Positions 49,836 through 59,563 are shown, counted from the first letter of the stretch. The stretch is 64,000 nucleotides of DNA from Acidobacteriota bacterium (GCA_965209055.1 OZ242374.1:2112001-2176000); one strand, 5' to 3'. Notes: a model not told the origin generated them from the letters alone. Numbers and translations are program-made.

Positions 49836-50905
49836 ATTCGAAGACTCCCAATCTTTTCCACTATGCCACCAAGGAACTCTCTCAGGACGCATTGATCTGC
49901 TGGTTGATCGAATGGGCTGGACAACCGCCAGGCACCAAGAAGGCGGACGAAGAAATGCGCCGTTGTGGACTCCGGTTCGTAAACGCCTTGCTTAATCATA
50001 GGAGAGACGAAGCAGATCCCATCGAGTTGAAGAGTGTGTCCAAGGTCGAAATCCTTCAGCAAGAGCGAGGCATCGACGTTCTTGCGCGTATCAATAAACG
50101 ACATGTGCTTTTGATTGAGGACAAGACCGACACGAAGGATCACAGCAACCAACTGTCGAGGTATTACCACGATGTAGTGGAGGGTCGCACCACGTTCGGC
50201 AAAGTGAAGGAGAGAGATCTCTATCCAGTCTATTTCAAGACAGGCAATCAGCCTCTCGCAGATGATCGCCGCATTGAGGAAATTGAAGACTGTACCTACA
50301 AAGTATTCAATCGAAAGGATTTTCTGACTGTCCTCAATGACTGCAAGGGTCGCAATCCGATTCTCTTGGATTTCCGGAAATATCTTCAGGAACTGGAGGA
50401 CGACACCAACGCCTACGCGGGATGGACCAGATCCCAGGGCGGTTCCCGGCTGCCCTGGGAAGGATTCTGTCGGTGCCTCGAATACGAATGGGACAGCTCC
50501 GGGCGCTGGATCTGGTGGGGCTATGTCTCAAATCGTTCAGGTGGGTTTCACTGTTTCTCATGGGCTCCGTCGGACGATACCGAGCAGTACCTTCAAATCG
50601 AGGCGCGCCTTGAGTCTGAAACGGTGGCCGAAGCCAGACTTTGCTTCAAGGTTGACGCTGGCGAAACACCCCGTGATCAGTGGCAAGACTTGAAATGGTC
50701 CTGGCACGAGCGGGTTGTAGAGGCAGGTAGAGGACGAGTGGTTAAGCCCCACCGAATGAGGGTTGGAAACACTATGACTGTTGGTTGGTGGAAAGAGAAT
50801 TGGATGGCCTTCGGCAAGGACAATAGGCTGGACTTGGCCGGCACCATCGAGAACCTGAAGCAAGCAGAGGAGGTATTGCAAGCCGCCATTTCATCGAACT
50901 CGTGA
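49832..50905 (+). CDS. PD-(D/E)XK nuclease (PDDEXK_4-like)
   Basis: NLF....KELSQDALICWL, IDVL...LLIEDK, NQLSRY; ATGA overlap with the WYL gene; visibly more AT-rich. Confidence 0.82.
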   Translation: MNSKTPNLFHYATKELSQDALICWLIEWAGQPPGTKKADEEMRRCGLRFVNALLNHRRDEADPIELKSVSKVEILQQERGIDVLARINKRHVLLIEDKTDTKDHSNQLSRYYHDVVEGRTTFGKVKERDLYPVYFKTGNQPLADDRRIEEIEDCTYKVFNRKDFLTVLNDCKGRNPILLDFRKYLQELEDDTNAYAGWTRSQGGSRLPWEGFCRCLEYEWDSSGRWIWWGYVSNRSGGFHCFSWAPSDDTEQYLQIEARLESETVAEARLCFKVDAGETPRDQWQDLKWSWHERVVEAGRGRVVKPHRMRVGNTMTVGWWKENWMAFGKDNRLDLAGTIENLKQAEEVLQAAISSNS

Positions 50906-50935
50906 GACTTCAGTTCGGACCGAATCATGGCGCCA

Positions 50936-51048
50936 GGAGCGGCGATTGCTAATTGCCGAACTCCAGAGTAACGCTGGGGCAAGAAGGGAATGGGCGATTG
51001 GAAATCGCCCTTCCAAATCGCCCTTCCAAATCGCCCTTCCAATTCGCC
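50936..51048. repeat. Inverted pair of REP-like hairpins with 13-bp tandem triplication
   Basis: GGAGCGGCGATTGCTAATTGCCG ... GGGCGATTGGAAATCGCCCTTCC; AAATCGCCCTTCC x3 at 51002-51040. Confidence 0.75.
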
Positions 51049-51179
51049 ACCATGGCTCTTGCCCCGAACCGGAGCCCTCCGGTAGCATTTTCCGTATCAA
51101 TACTTTTCGAGTCTCGGCAGTCACGTCCCCCGTCCGGTCCGGCCGCTGACCGGATTTTTCCATTGAGGAGTCGCCAGTC

Positions 51180-52466
51180 ATGAGTCAAGCATCCATTCAC
51201 CGCCGTTCCTTTCTGACCCGTTCGGCCGGAGCCGGAGCGGGCTTGGCCCTGGCCGGCTTTCCCGGCATCGTCAGCGCTCGCAACGTCAACAATCGCCTCA
51301 ACCTGGGAATCGTGGGGCCGGGAGGGCGCGGCACCGGACGACTGAAGCGGTTCTTTCAAATGAACCGGCGGTTCAACGCCCGGCTCGTCGCCGTCTGCGA
51401 CCTCTGGAACTACCGCCGCGAAAATGCCGTGGAGCTGGCAAAGGCCGAGCAGGGCTACGCCCCCAAGGCTTACCGCCATCACGAAGAGATTCTGGCCGAT
51501 GCCGAGGTGGACGCCCTGATCATCGCCACCCCCGACCACGCCCACGCTCAGATCCTGAAGTTGGCCGCCGACTCAGGCAAGGACGCCTACTGCGAAAAAC
51601 CCATGGCCAACGTGCTGGAGGAGGCCAACGCGGCCCTGGACGCGGTGCGCAAATCCGACACCATCGTCCAGATCGGGACCCAGAGACGTGCCAATCCCAA
51701 GTATCGCCAGGCCAGCCGCATGATTGCCGAAGGGTTCATCGGCGACGTGGTCAAGGCCGACTTCCATTGGAGCAAATACAGTCCTTATCGTTGGGCCCGG
51801 AAGGAAAAGGACATCCTGATGGCCAAGGAGGACGATCTGGACTGGAACACCTGGCTCATGGGACGCCCCCACCGGCCCTTCGACCCCCGGATCTTTCGCT
51901 GTTTCCGGCTCTTCAAGGACTTTTCCAGCGGCATCATCGACCAGTGGATGAGCCACGGCATCGACTTGGCGCACATGCTCACGGGTGTTACCTACCCCTC
52001 GACCGTCGTGGCCCATGGCGGGATCTACCAGTGGAAGGACTACCGGGAGAATCCGGACACTCAGGAGATCACCCTGGAGTACAAGAAGGGTGACCGGAAG
52101 TTCCTGACCGTCTACTCCACCAACTGGATCAACGGGTACGGCAGCGGCACCCGGGTCCACGGGACCCTGGGAAGTTTCAAGGGCGAGGCCATTTCCTACC
52201 GTGACGACGACTGGCATTTCACCGGCAAAGGGGTGAAGGCCGACGGCAGAGTGGCGGACATAGTTCCGGTTGAAGGGGACCCCGGAGAGACCGACCACAT
52301 GGCCAACTGGCTGGACGCCGTCCGCAGTCGAGATTCAAAGCGGCTGTATTGTCCCGTCGAGGCCGGCTACGGTCATTCCATCGCCTGCATCATGGCGACC
52401 GATTCCTACTGGAGCGGGAAACGAATGGTCTTCGACCCGGTGAAGCGAACCATCCGGGCCGGATAG
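51180..52466 (+). CDS. Gfo/Idh/MocA oxidoreductase with Tat signal
   Basis: RRSFL, GIVGPGGRG, IATPDHAH, YCEKP, QIGTQRR. Confidence 0.92.
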   Translation: MSQASIHRRSFLTRSAGAGAGLALAGFPGIVSARNVNNRLNLGIVGPGGRGTGRLKRFFQMNRRFNARLVAVCDLWNYRRENAVELAKAEQGYAPKAYRHHEEILADAEVDALIIATPDHAHAQILKLAADSGKDAYCEKPMANVLEEANAALDAVRKSDTIVQIGTQRRANPKYRQASRMIAEGFIGDVVKADFHWSKYSPYRWARKEKDILMAKEDDLDWNTWLMGRPHRPFDPRIFRCFRLFKDFSSGIIDQWMSHGIDLAHMLTGVTYPSTVVAHGGIYQWKDYRENPDTQEITLEYKKGDRKFLTVYSTNWINGYGSGTRVHGTLGSFKGEAISYRDDDWHFTGKGVKADGRVADIVPVEGDPGETDHMANWLDAVRSRDSKRLYCPVEAGYGHSIACIMATDSYWSGKRMVFDPVKRTIRAG

Positions 52467-52496
52467 GAGGGGACTTTCCTCTCCCCCCTGCTCCCC

Positions 52497-52552
52497 GGAG
52501 TCGGCGGCTGGAAGCCGCCGCTCCAGCCGCCGCTCCAGCCGCCGCTCCAGCC
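52497..52552. repeat. REP-like hairpin with 12-bp tandem triplication
   Basis: GGCGGCTGGAAGCCGCCGCTCC; AGCCGCCGCTCC x3 at 52513-52548. Confidence 0.75.
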
Positions 52553-52570
52553 GGCGGGGGAGCTTTCCTC

Positions 52571-54916
52571 TTACTTCTCCGACATCCAATTCCGGTGGCG
52601 CAGGTCGTATTCCCGATCCCCAATGAGGCTGGGAAAGCTCCAAATCTCACGCTGGATCTCTCCCGACAGGATCTTCGACCGCTCCAGCAGCGACAGCAAC
52701 TGGTAGACGCGGGACTCGACCAGCGGGAAATAGGCCCCGATGTTGTAGGAGCCCTGGGCGCCGGGCCTGGTGTTCAAGACTGGCCAGACTCCTTTCTCGT
52801 TCTGTCGAGCCAGGATTTCCCCCAACTCCCCACCGGCAAACTGGGAAACGGACTCGGCCAGTTGGGCCCGGGTCATGCGGACGGGCACGGGCCGCGGTCC
52901 GTCCCGGCGCTTTCGTAGTTCCGGCTCCAGCCGCTGCCCATCGGGCCTCTTCATGAAAACGGACCAGGGAAATTCCTCTTCCGAGATCTGATCCGGGTTG
53001 GCCCACATCGCCGAACCGGTCTTCAGGAAGGCCACCCGATCCTGAGGGTTGTCCAGGTAATAGGTCTTCCAATTCTTGAGGTCCACGGCGATGGGCCGGC
53101 CGGTCCTGTGGTCCACCAGTCGGCTCCGCATCGGCACTCTCTCTCCGCCCACGTTCACCTCAATCAGAGCGCTCTTCTCCCAGTCGAGGTAACGGGCGAC
53201 CGGATCCAGGTATTTCCGGTCACGGGTCAGGTCATAAAGGAAGAAGAGGTTCTCACAGGCGCTGACGCTGGACCCGGGAGAAAGGCCCGGAGGGTGGTAG
53301 ACGCGGGACCAGACCGGCTGGTTCCGTCCGTCGTAGGCCAGGGCCCAGCCGTAGGTCGGGGGACCCAACTGGGCCGCGAGATGCCAATCGCCGTTGCGAA
53401 CGATGGCGTCCCGGTACTTGTCCAAGCCGGTCAGGTGATGGGCCAACTGCATCACCCGAAGCTGGTTGCGCTGGTTCCCGTTGTCGAACTCGGCCCCGTG
53501 GGGGTCCTGGTTGCGGTTCTCGCTGCGGCCTTCCTTCAGGTTGTAGGTGTAGCCCCAACTGCCGTTGGGGTTCTGGGCCTTGAGGATGAAGTCGGCCGAG
53601 CGCCGGAAGCCCTCCAGCCACCGCTCCTCCCGCGTCACCAGGTAGAGCCGGGCCATGAAGAGGGCGGCCTGGCTCTGGCGGCCGTCCTGAAAAGTGGGAT
53701 AGTCGCGGTGGACGGTCCGCCGGTGGGAAGTGAGGACCTCTCGCCGGGGTGTCGGCCGACCGCCGGTGTGACGGTCGTAATGGTTGACCCAGTAGCCCTC
53801 CGGCTGCTGGGCCGACAGCAGCCATTCTCCCGCCTTCCGGGCCACTTCCAGGTAGCGCCGGTCCCCCAGCACCTGATACGCGTACAGGAAGAGTCGTCCC
53901 GCTCCCGGCGTGCCGTTCCTGCCGTGGGCCAGCTCCATGAAACGGTCCAGGCCGGGATGGAAGTAGGTGCGGTAGCTGGTTTCCCCCGGCAGCAGGTGAG
54001 GCCAGGCGTAGAGGATGGCGCTCCAGGCTCCGTCGATTTGGAGCCGGCTGATGAAATCCAGGTGGCGGCAGACGGCGTCCGTGATCCGCACCGCCGCCTT
54101 CTCCGGCAGGTGCGTTTCCCGGCCCCGAAGCGCCAGCATCTCCTGGACCGTCACGTCGCTGATCTTCAACTCGTCGAAGCGCGCCCCGGCAGTCTGCAGG
54201 ACGACCCGGGGATCGAGGCCCTCTCGGCCCACTCCCCCATAGTAGGAAGCTCCCAGAAACAGAATGTGGAAGCGGTTCACCTCCAGGGGCTTGCCCACCG
54301 AGAGACTCCGGAGCCGGCCATCCAGGGCCAGCCAGAGCCGCCCCTTCCGGTCGTCCCAGGAAAACAGCAGATGGTGCCAGTCCTCGGCCTCCAGATCGGA
54401 AACCGGAAAGTCGAGGGAGCCCACCACCTCGCCGTCTCCTTTCCAGTGGCGGCCGGCCCAGGAGAGCCGCAACCGGTTGTCGCTCGTTTTCCACAGTTCC
54501 AGGTCGCGGCGCACGGCGGCCGCTGAGAAGAGGCAGTGCCTGAGCCCGTCCCGCCAGATGTTCCGTCCCGGTTTGCTTCGGACCCAAAACTGGACGGTCC
54601 CTCGGTCCGGTCGCATGTTGCCGTGGGCCCGAAGGTTGATCTGGGCTCCCGGGATGTCGATCTCGATCCCGCCGCCGACCCTGCCGGGAACCGAAGCGTC
54701 GTAGTTGCGTCCGGCCGCGCCCATCCCGTCTCGCTCGTAGTCGGGCTGGATGCCGCCGGGTGCGTCGAAGCGGGCCAAGAGGGTGGTGTGCCGGTCCCGC
54801 TCGACGGGGGCGCTCACCCAATCGGGAAGATCGGTCGTGGTTTGAACCGGCCGGCCGCCGGCCGGAAAAGTGGAAGCCAGGAGGAGAGTTGCCGCCAGAA
54901 GATTCTTCGTCGAAAT
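52571..54916 (-). CDS. Secreted protein with LamG-like and alpha/alpha-barrel (pectate lyase-like) domains
   Basis: GTVQFWV, WHHLLFSWD, FDELKISD, then repeated AQ...G.W motifs. Open frame with a signal peptide extends from GTG 54817 up to ATT 54916. Confidence 0.7.
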   Translation of the reverse strand: MSTKNLLAATLLLASTFPAGGRPVQTTTDLPDWVSAPVERDRHTTLLARFDAPGGIQPDYERDGMGAAGRNYDASVPGRVGGGIEIDIPGAQINLRAHGNMRPDRGTVQFWVRSKPGRNIWRDGLRHCLFSAAAVRRDLELWKTSDNRLRLSWAGRHWKGDGEVVGSLDFPVSDLEAEDWHHLLFSWDDRKGRLWLALDGRLRSLSVGKPLEVNRFHILFLGASYYGGVGREGLDPRVVLQTAGARFDELKISDVTVQEMLALRGRETHLPEKAAVRITDAVCRHLDFISRLQIDGAWSAILYAWPHLLPGETSYRTYFHPGLDRFMELAHGRNGTPGAGRLFLYAYQVLGDRRYLEVARKAGEWLLSAQQPEGYWVNHYDRHTGGRPTPRREVLTSHRRTVHRDYPTFQDGRQSQAALFMARLYLVTREERWLEGFRRSADFILKAQNPNGSWGYTYNLKEGRSENRNQDPHGAEFDNGNQRNQLRVMQLAHHLTGLDKYRDAIVRNGDWHLAAQLGPPTYGWALAYDGRNQPVWSRVYHPPGLSPGSSVSACENLFFLYDLTRDRKYLDPVARYLDWEKSALIEVNVGGERVPMRSRLVDHRTGRPIAVDLKNWKTYYLDNPQDRVAFLKTGSAMWANPDQISEEEFPWSVFMKRPDGQRLEPELRKRRDGPRPVPVRMTRAQLAESVSQFAGGELGEILARQNEKGVWPVLNTRPGAQGSYNIGAYFPLVESRVYQLLSLLERSKILSGEIQREIWSFPSLIGDREYDLRHRNWMSEK

Positions 54917-54937
54917 GGTGTCCTCGGATCGAGTCGT

Positions 54938-56953
54938 TCAGCGCATCAGATAATCCCAGCGTGCAGCCGCTCCCTTGACGACTTGGGGAACATCCTGGGA
55001 CAGGAGGTATCCTTGATCCAGGAGCGCAAGGGCGACTGCGGCGACGCGGCCCAGGTACTCTTCCCGGCTCCCGTACCTTTCCTGGATGGAAAGGCGCGGG
55101 TCACCCGCCTCGAGTCGCTCCCGCTTGGTCCGGGCGAAGGGAATCCAGGAGCCGCGAAAGCTGCAAATTTCCGTCGGCGGCCCCCTTCCAGGGCCGAAGA
55201 GGTTCCATCCCGTGTAAGTGGCCAGGGGCACCGCTACTTCCGGAAGGCGAATCCCCGCCAACTCGTTGCCGTCGGCGTCGACCTTGGGGACCAGGATCGG
55301 AAAGGGTTCGCCGACTCGAGGCGGCTGGATGCTCACGATGCCCTGGGAACGAAACCGGGGACCGTAATTCACCCGGTACGCCCGGTGGATTCGGGTGGGC
55401 GCGCGAACTCCCGGCAAACGGGGAAAGTCGAACTCGGGAAAGGGGACCAGTGTGTCCTGGTCCAAGCGCGGGTAGCGGCTGGGGGGCGGGATCGTGCCCT
55501 CCGCCACCCATCGGTCCAGGGCCAGGAGCAGGGCGCGCATGGTCCAGCGAATCTCCAGCGGATTGTTGAGTTGTTCTCCCGTCGTCCGGTCGGGAGGGAA
55601 GCGTCCGGGGGAGTGTTGGCTGCCGGTGAAGAGATAGTGGCGAACCTGATCCATCGGCTCCACGTCCCCGGTTCCGTCCACGGTGGTGTGAATCAGGGAA
55701 GAGGCGCGGCCCCAATACTCGTAGGACGAGTTGGTGTAGAAGATCTTGGGGCTCAGCTCAGGCCGGGCAAAGTGGATGAGCAGCCCGTCGGTCCGGCCGG
55801 TCACCGGGTCGGTCTGGGCCCTACCGGTGAAGGGAAAGATGTCGGTGGGATAGAAGAAGTTGGCGAAGGGCTGGGCGTCCCGGGACGGCTGGGCGAAGCG
55901 GTGGTTGAAGCTGCCCCGTCCCGCACCCGCCACGTGCGGCATGAGTCCGTCGAAGACCCGCCGGTTCTGCTCGTCCTCGTTGAAACCGTGGTAGAGGAAG
56001 GTCCGCAGGAACCGGCCGCTCTGGGAGCTGCCGTACCCCAGGGCCCGGTTCAGGGCGCCCCGGGGAATGGAGAGCACCGGATCGTCCTCGTACTTGAGGT
56101 GGGAGATCATGTCCCGCACCGCCGTGGGGCCCAGTCCTACCAGGGGCGGGTCCTGGGCCCGGTAGACCACTTCGTAGATCCTGTGGGGCTCGAATCCGCC
56201 TTCCAGCAGGACGTGGGTCGGGTCGGGCACCGGCCGCCCCCCCTCCATTCGGGCGAATCTCCAGCGCTCGCGGGGAATCGTCTGGCGCTCGCCCTCGACG
56301 GCATCCCGGACCGTCATGGAATTCTCGGGGTCGTCGGGATCGGACACGGGATATGGAATATGCCTGCGGTCCGAGAGCAGGCGGTGTTCGACGTGGGTCT
56401 TGGGCACGAAGTCGCACCTCACCAGTCCGGTGATGGGGCCTGCCGGATCCCGGGCGACGGCCGGATACACACGAACGTTTCCGGGAGTGTGCGGCGGGTC
56501 CAATTGCCAACCCAGCCAGAGGAGCGTAAAACCGCGGCGCATGAGAAATCCGTCCCCGAAATCCTCGCGGACCTTGGGATCGCGCCTGAACCGGGCCAGG
56601 CTGAAGAAGCCCAGCATGTTCTTCCCGCCCCGGTTGGAGACCTCGTAGAGCAGGGCGCCGTTGCCTCGCTCCACCCGGACCGGCTTCATCATCACGAAAT
56701 CGGAGGAGAACTCCACCTCGCCCCGATCATTGCGAGGGGCTTTCCGGATGTCGGTGATGATCCGGTTGGGAACCAGTTCGGGATCGACGGCGAAGTGCAC
56801 ACGTCCAGTGATCCTTTCGTAGGGGCCCACGAGGGGATAGGGCTCACCCTCCAGCAACGGATCCCTCTCCTGGATCTCCACCCGCACGACGCGCGCCCAG
56901 AGCGGACTCAGGAAGATCAGGAATGAGGAGATGGCAATGAAGAGGCGGGACAC
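54938..56953 (-). CDS. Secreted alpha/beta-hydrolase-domain protein, copy 2
   Basis: Colinear, equal-length paralog of 42309-44324 with the same motifs. Confidence 0.85.
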   Translation of the reverse strand: MSRLFIAISSFLIFLSPLWARVVRVEIQERDPLLEGEPYPLVGPYERITGRVHFAVDPELVPNRIITDIRKAPRNDRGEVEFSSDFVMMKPVRVERGNGALLYEVSNRGGKNMLGFFSLARFRRDPKVREDFGDGFLMRRGFTLLWLGWQLDPPHTPGNVRVYPAVARDPAGPITGLVRCDFVPKTHVEHRLLSDRRHIPYPVSDPDDPENSMTVRDAVEGERQTIPRERWRFARMEGGRPVPDPTHVLLEGGFEPHRIYEVVYRAQDPPLVGLGPTAVRDMISHLKYEDDPVLSIPRGALNRALGYGSSQSGRFLRTFLYHGFNEDEQNRRVFDGLMPHVAGAGRGSFNHRFAQPSRDAQPFANFFYPTDIFPFTGRAQTDPVTGRTDGLLIHFARPELSPKIFYTNSSYEYWGRASSLIHTTVDGTGDVEPMDQVRHYLFTGSQHSPGRFPPDRTTGEQLNNPLEIRWTMRALLLALDRWVAEGTIPPPSRYPRLDQDTLVPFPEFDFPRLPGVRAPTRIHRAYRVNYGPRFRSQGIVSIQPPRVGEPFPILVPKVDADGNELAGIRLPEVAVPLATYTGWNLFGPGRGPPTEICSFRGSWIPFARTKRERLEAGDPRLSIQERYGSREEYLGRVAAVALALLDQGYLLSQDVPQVVKGAAARWDYLMR

Positions 56954-56960
56954 ACGAATC

Positions 56961-56990
56961 ATTAGAGTCCCGGCGGGAGACCGGAGTCAA
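56961..56990 (-). promoter_or_regulatory. Probably leaderless promoter of hydrolase copy 2
   Basis: TTGACT-N18-TCTAAT-N7-GTG(56953). Confidence 0.7.
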
Positions 56991-57046
56991 GAAGGGGGAA
57001 GGGCTGCGACGAGAGCCGTCGCGGCTCTAACTGCCGGCCGAATGTC

Positions 57047-58090
57047 TTAGCGGCCCGTGTGTGGCTTGACGGCATTCGGGTCGACGGAGGCGACGGCGAG
57101 GCGTGACATCCGGGCCAGGATCTCGCGGCCGGATCGGTCGCCCGGATCGTCGCTCAGGGCGAAGGCGGCGATGACCACCGGCCGGCCGGACAACTCGACG
57201 ATTCCCGTGTCGGCGGCGATCCGCCGGCTACCGCCATACTTGTTGGCCACGGGGATGCCTTCTCTGACGTACTTGGCAATGGTTCGTTTATGGGTGGAGG
57301 CGCGCATCAAGTCCAACATCTCGCCGGTATCTTCCCGGCTCGCCAATTCGCCGCCATGCAGCTTGGCCAGAAGCGATCCGATGTCGCGGGGACCGCAGAC
57401 GTTGTTGTCCAGCGAATCGGAGTAACCCAAGCCATCGTCGAACTTCCCGGCGCGCATGTGTTCCAGGATCCGGGCATCGTTTTTTCGAGAGATGGGAGCG
57501 TCAGCCAGACCGACGATCAGGTAGTGCCATCGGCCCAGCTCCATGGAAGCCCGGGTGTTTTTCAGTCCCAGTTCCCCCAGAAACCGGTTGACCGCCTCCA
57601 GCCCGACCTTGCGCATCACCAGGTCGGTGGCCATGTTGTCGCTGTGCACCATCATCAGACGGCCGTACTCGCGCAAGGTGAGGGAGACCGGCCCGTCGCG
57701 GCGTTTGAGGACGCCGCTGCCGTGGGTCGAAATGTCCTGGGGCAGAGTTTCCTTGGCGTCCAGGTCCAGCGTCCCGGCCGCCGCCTGCCGGTAGAGTTCG
57801 ATCATGACCGGCAACTTGATCACGCTGGCCGGCGGAAAACGCTGGTCGCCGTTCCAGGAATACTCGGCGCCATCGGCCAGGTTCCTGGCGAAGAAGCCGA
57901 TCCTCCCGCCGAACCGGCTCGCCATCGCATCCAGATCTTCTCGAGGGAATTGGGTCTTGGGAGGGTTGCCGGAGGCAATTGCCCCCAGGACCAGACCAAA
58001 GGTCAGCAGAAGAATGAATCTGGCCTTGCCGTCGGGAGAGGGGTGCTCCGGCGAGGTGGAAGAGGCTGTCTTTCCGGATTCCCGTCTCAA
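57047..58090 (-). CDS. Class A beta-lactamase-like serine hydrolase
   Basis: FPPASVIKL (SxxK), HSDNMATD (SDN), VANKYGG, DTGIV. Confidence 0.85.
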   Translation of the reverse strand: MRRESGKTASSTSPEHPSPDGKARFILLLTFGLVLGAIASGNPPKTQFPREDLDAMASRFGGRIGFFARNLADGAEYSWNGDQRFPPASVIKLPVMIELYRQAAAGTLDLDAKETLPQDISTHGSGVLKRRDGPVSLTLREYGRLMMVHSDNMATDLVMRKVGLEAVNRFLGELGLKNTRASMELGRWHYLIVGLADAPISRKNDARILEHMRAGKFDDGLGYSDSLDNNVCGPRDIGSLLAKLHGGELASREDTGEMLDLMRASTHKRTIAKYVREGIPVANKYGGSRRIAADTGIVELSGRPVVIAAFALSDDPGDRSGREILARMSRLAVASVDPNAVKPHTGR

Positions 58091-59535
58091 GCCAGGAGCT
58101 TCTCGATCACGTGGCCGCCGACGTCGGTAAGGCGGAAGTCGCGGCCCTGGTAGCGGTAGGTGAGCTTGGTGTGATCGATACCCAGCAGGTGAAGGATCGT
58201 GGCCTGGACGTCGTGGACCTCCACCTTGTCCTTGGTCACGAAGAATCCCAGGTCGTCCACTTCACCGATGGTCTGACCGGGCTTGATGCCGCCGCCGGCG
58301 AACCACATGGGAAAGTTGTCGATGTGGTGGTTGCGGCCGACGCTCTCCCGGAATTCCGCCATGGGGGTTCGTCCGAACTCGCCGCCCCAGATGACCAGCG
58401 TGTCCTCCAACAGGCCGCGCTGCTTGAGATCGGTGATGAGGGCGGCGGAGGGACGATCGGTCTCCATCGACACCTCGTCGATCCGCTCGCTCAGGTTCCC
58501 GTGATGGTCCCAGCCGGTGTGGTAGAGCTGGACGAAACGGACGCCCCGCTCGATCATGCGGCGGGCCAGCAGGCAGTTGGTGGCGTACGAGGGTTCCCCT
58601 GGCGTCACTCCATAGAGGTCCAGTGTGGCCTGGCTTTCGCTGCTCAGGTCCATCAACTCGGGACCGCTGGTCTGCATGCGGAAGGCCATCTCGTAGGAGG
58701 CGATCCGGGTGGCGATTTCCGGGTCGCCGTATTCCTTCTCATGCATCCGGTTCAGATCCTGGATGGCGGCCAGCTTTGCCCCCTGACGCCGGATCGAGAC
58801 ACCCTTGGGACTGGCCAGATTGGGAATCGGAACCGCCGAGCGCAGGAACTCGACGCCCTGGTACGCCGTGGGCAGGAATCCGCTGCTCCACATGAAGGCG
58901 CCGCCCATCAGGTCCGCCTCCCCCGATCGGAGGACCACGAACCCGGGGAGATCTTTTGACTCGCTGCCCAGTCCGTAACCCACCCAGGAGCCCATGCTGG
59001 GCAGTCCGAAGCGGGTCGATCCGGAGTTGCAGAAGAGCTTGGCGGGAGCATGATTGAAGTTTTCGGTCACGACCGATTGGACCAGGGCCACGTCATCCAC
59101 GACCTTGGCCATCTGGGGGAACACTTCCGAGACCCAGGTGCCCGACTGTCCGTGCCGGGCGAATTTCCGTTTTGGACCGAGCAGTTTGGGCTTCACCTTG
59201 GTGAAACGTTCCATGAACGCGAAGCGCTTGCCCTCCAGGATGGAATCGGGTGCGGTCTGGCCGTTCAGCCGGGCCAGTTCCGGCCGGTAGAGCCAGGTCT
59301 CGAACTGACTTGGCCCGCCGGCCATGAAGAGGTAGATCACCCGTTTGACCTTGGGTTCGTAGTGGGGTTGCCGGAGGGCGAGGGGGTTCCTGGCGCGGCT
59401 GTCGCCGGCGGCGAACATTTTGCCGTCGCTCAACAACTGACCCAAGGCAACGTTGGCCAGCCCGACGAAGCACCGGTCGAAGAAATGGCGCCGTGTCTGA
59501 CCGATAAGCTGGAGCCCGTAATTCGTCATTTCCAT
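58087..59535 (-). CDS. DUF1501 domain protein (second subtype)
   Basis: TRRHFF, YLFMAGGPSQFETW, SYEMAFRMQ, CLLARRMIERGVRFVQ, WDHH, GEFGRTP. Confidence 0.92.
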   Translation of the reverse strand: MEMTNYGLQLIGQTRRHFFDRCFVGLANVALGQLLSDGKMFAAGDSRARNPLALRQPHYEPKVKRVIYLFMAGGPSQFETWLYRPELARLNGQTAPDSILEGKRFAFMERFTKVKPKLLGPKRKFARHGQSGTWVSEVFPQMAKVVDDVALVQSVVTENFNHAPAKLFCNSGSTRFGLPSMGSWVGYGLGSESKDLPGFVVLRSGEADLMGGAFMWSSGFLPTAYQGVEFLRSAVPIPNLASPKGVSIRRQGAKLAAIQDLNRMHEKEYGDPEIATRIASYEMAFRMQTSGPELMDLSSESQATLDLYGVTPGEPSYATNCLLARRMIERGVRFVQLYHTGWDHHGNLSERIDEVSMETDRPSAALITDLKQRGLLEDTLVIWGGEFGRTPMAEFRESVGRNHHIDNFPMWFAGGGIKPGQTIGEVDDLGFFVTKDKVEVHDVQATILHLLGIDHTKLTYRYQGRDFRLTDVGGHVIEKLLA

Positions 59536-59563
59536 CCCGACCTTCCTCTTGGGCCTCGGCCTG

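Noticed and set aside
50992-51048. CRISPR array (also 28736-28786 and 52513-52548)
   Set aside because: Units are short tandem repeats without unique spacers, and no cas genes are present.
42309-56953. Diversity-generating retroelement template/variable pair
   Set aside because: Differences cover the whole gene, are not adenine-specific, and there is no reverse transcriptase.
57001-57028. Hairpin AGAGCCG-TCG-CGGCTCT as a novel element
   Set aside because: Single copy downstream of a gene; most simply a weak terminator or stability hairpin.
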